Positions 63,851 through 64,000 of a stretch of 64,000 nt of DNA are shown piece by piece. This DNA comes from Camelus ferus (Eukaryota). The translations under genes and the position numbers were made by a program. The notes under the pieces were generated by a model. It made no database searches, had not been told where the DNA came from, and was given only the letters and a program-made list of their open reading frames with translations. Where the stretch lies: the NCBI RefSeq assembly GCF_009834535.1, contig NC_045714.1, positions 15,314,001-15,378,000 of the forward strand, written 5' to 3'. The number at the start of each line of letters is the position of its first letter. Position 1 is the stretch's first letter.

Positions 63851-64000
63851 TCGCTCTACGGCCCTGAGAAGGCCACTTAGATCCTCTGAGCTTGAGTGTC
63901 CTCCTACATGGAATGGGGATCAAAATAGCGTTTTTGAAATCTTAAATGAGATAAAATCCAAGTGAAGAGCTTGGCACAGGTATCTGCCACTGTCACCGCC

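Overview
Mammalian, GC-rich, gene-dense eukaryotic window syntenic with human 20q13.33. The tRNA-derived SINEs look camelid-type, so camel/alpaca/llama is my inference. Gene order: 3' part of PRPF6 (+, 9 exons), the C20orf204 orthologue (+), SOX18 (-), TCEA2 (+, with a U12 AT-AC intron), RGS19 (-), a shared RGS19/OPRL1 CpG-island promoter, LKAAEAR1 (-, nested in the OPRL1 5' intron) and the first coding exon of OPRL1 (+). Exon boundaries were read by hand from splice sites and keep frame. Repeats: L1s, an MLT1 LTR, SINEs, MIR/L2 remnants and microsatellites, plus three N-gaps. Main finding: the spliced product of the uncharacterised C20orf204 orthologue has a signal peptide, four predicted helices, four cysteines, a helix-D 'TCWxK' motif and intron positions that line up with IL-7 and TSLP. 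It may be an unrecognised third IL-7/TSLP-family cytokine. All human comparisons use sequences recalled from memory and need database confirmation.
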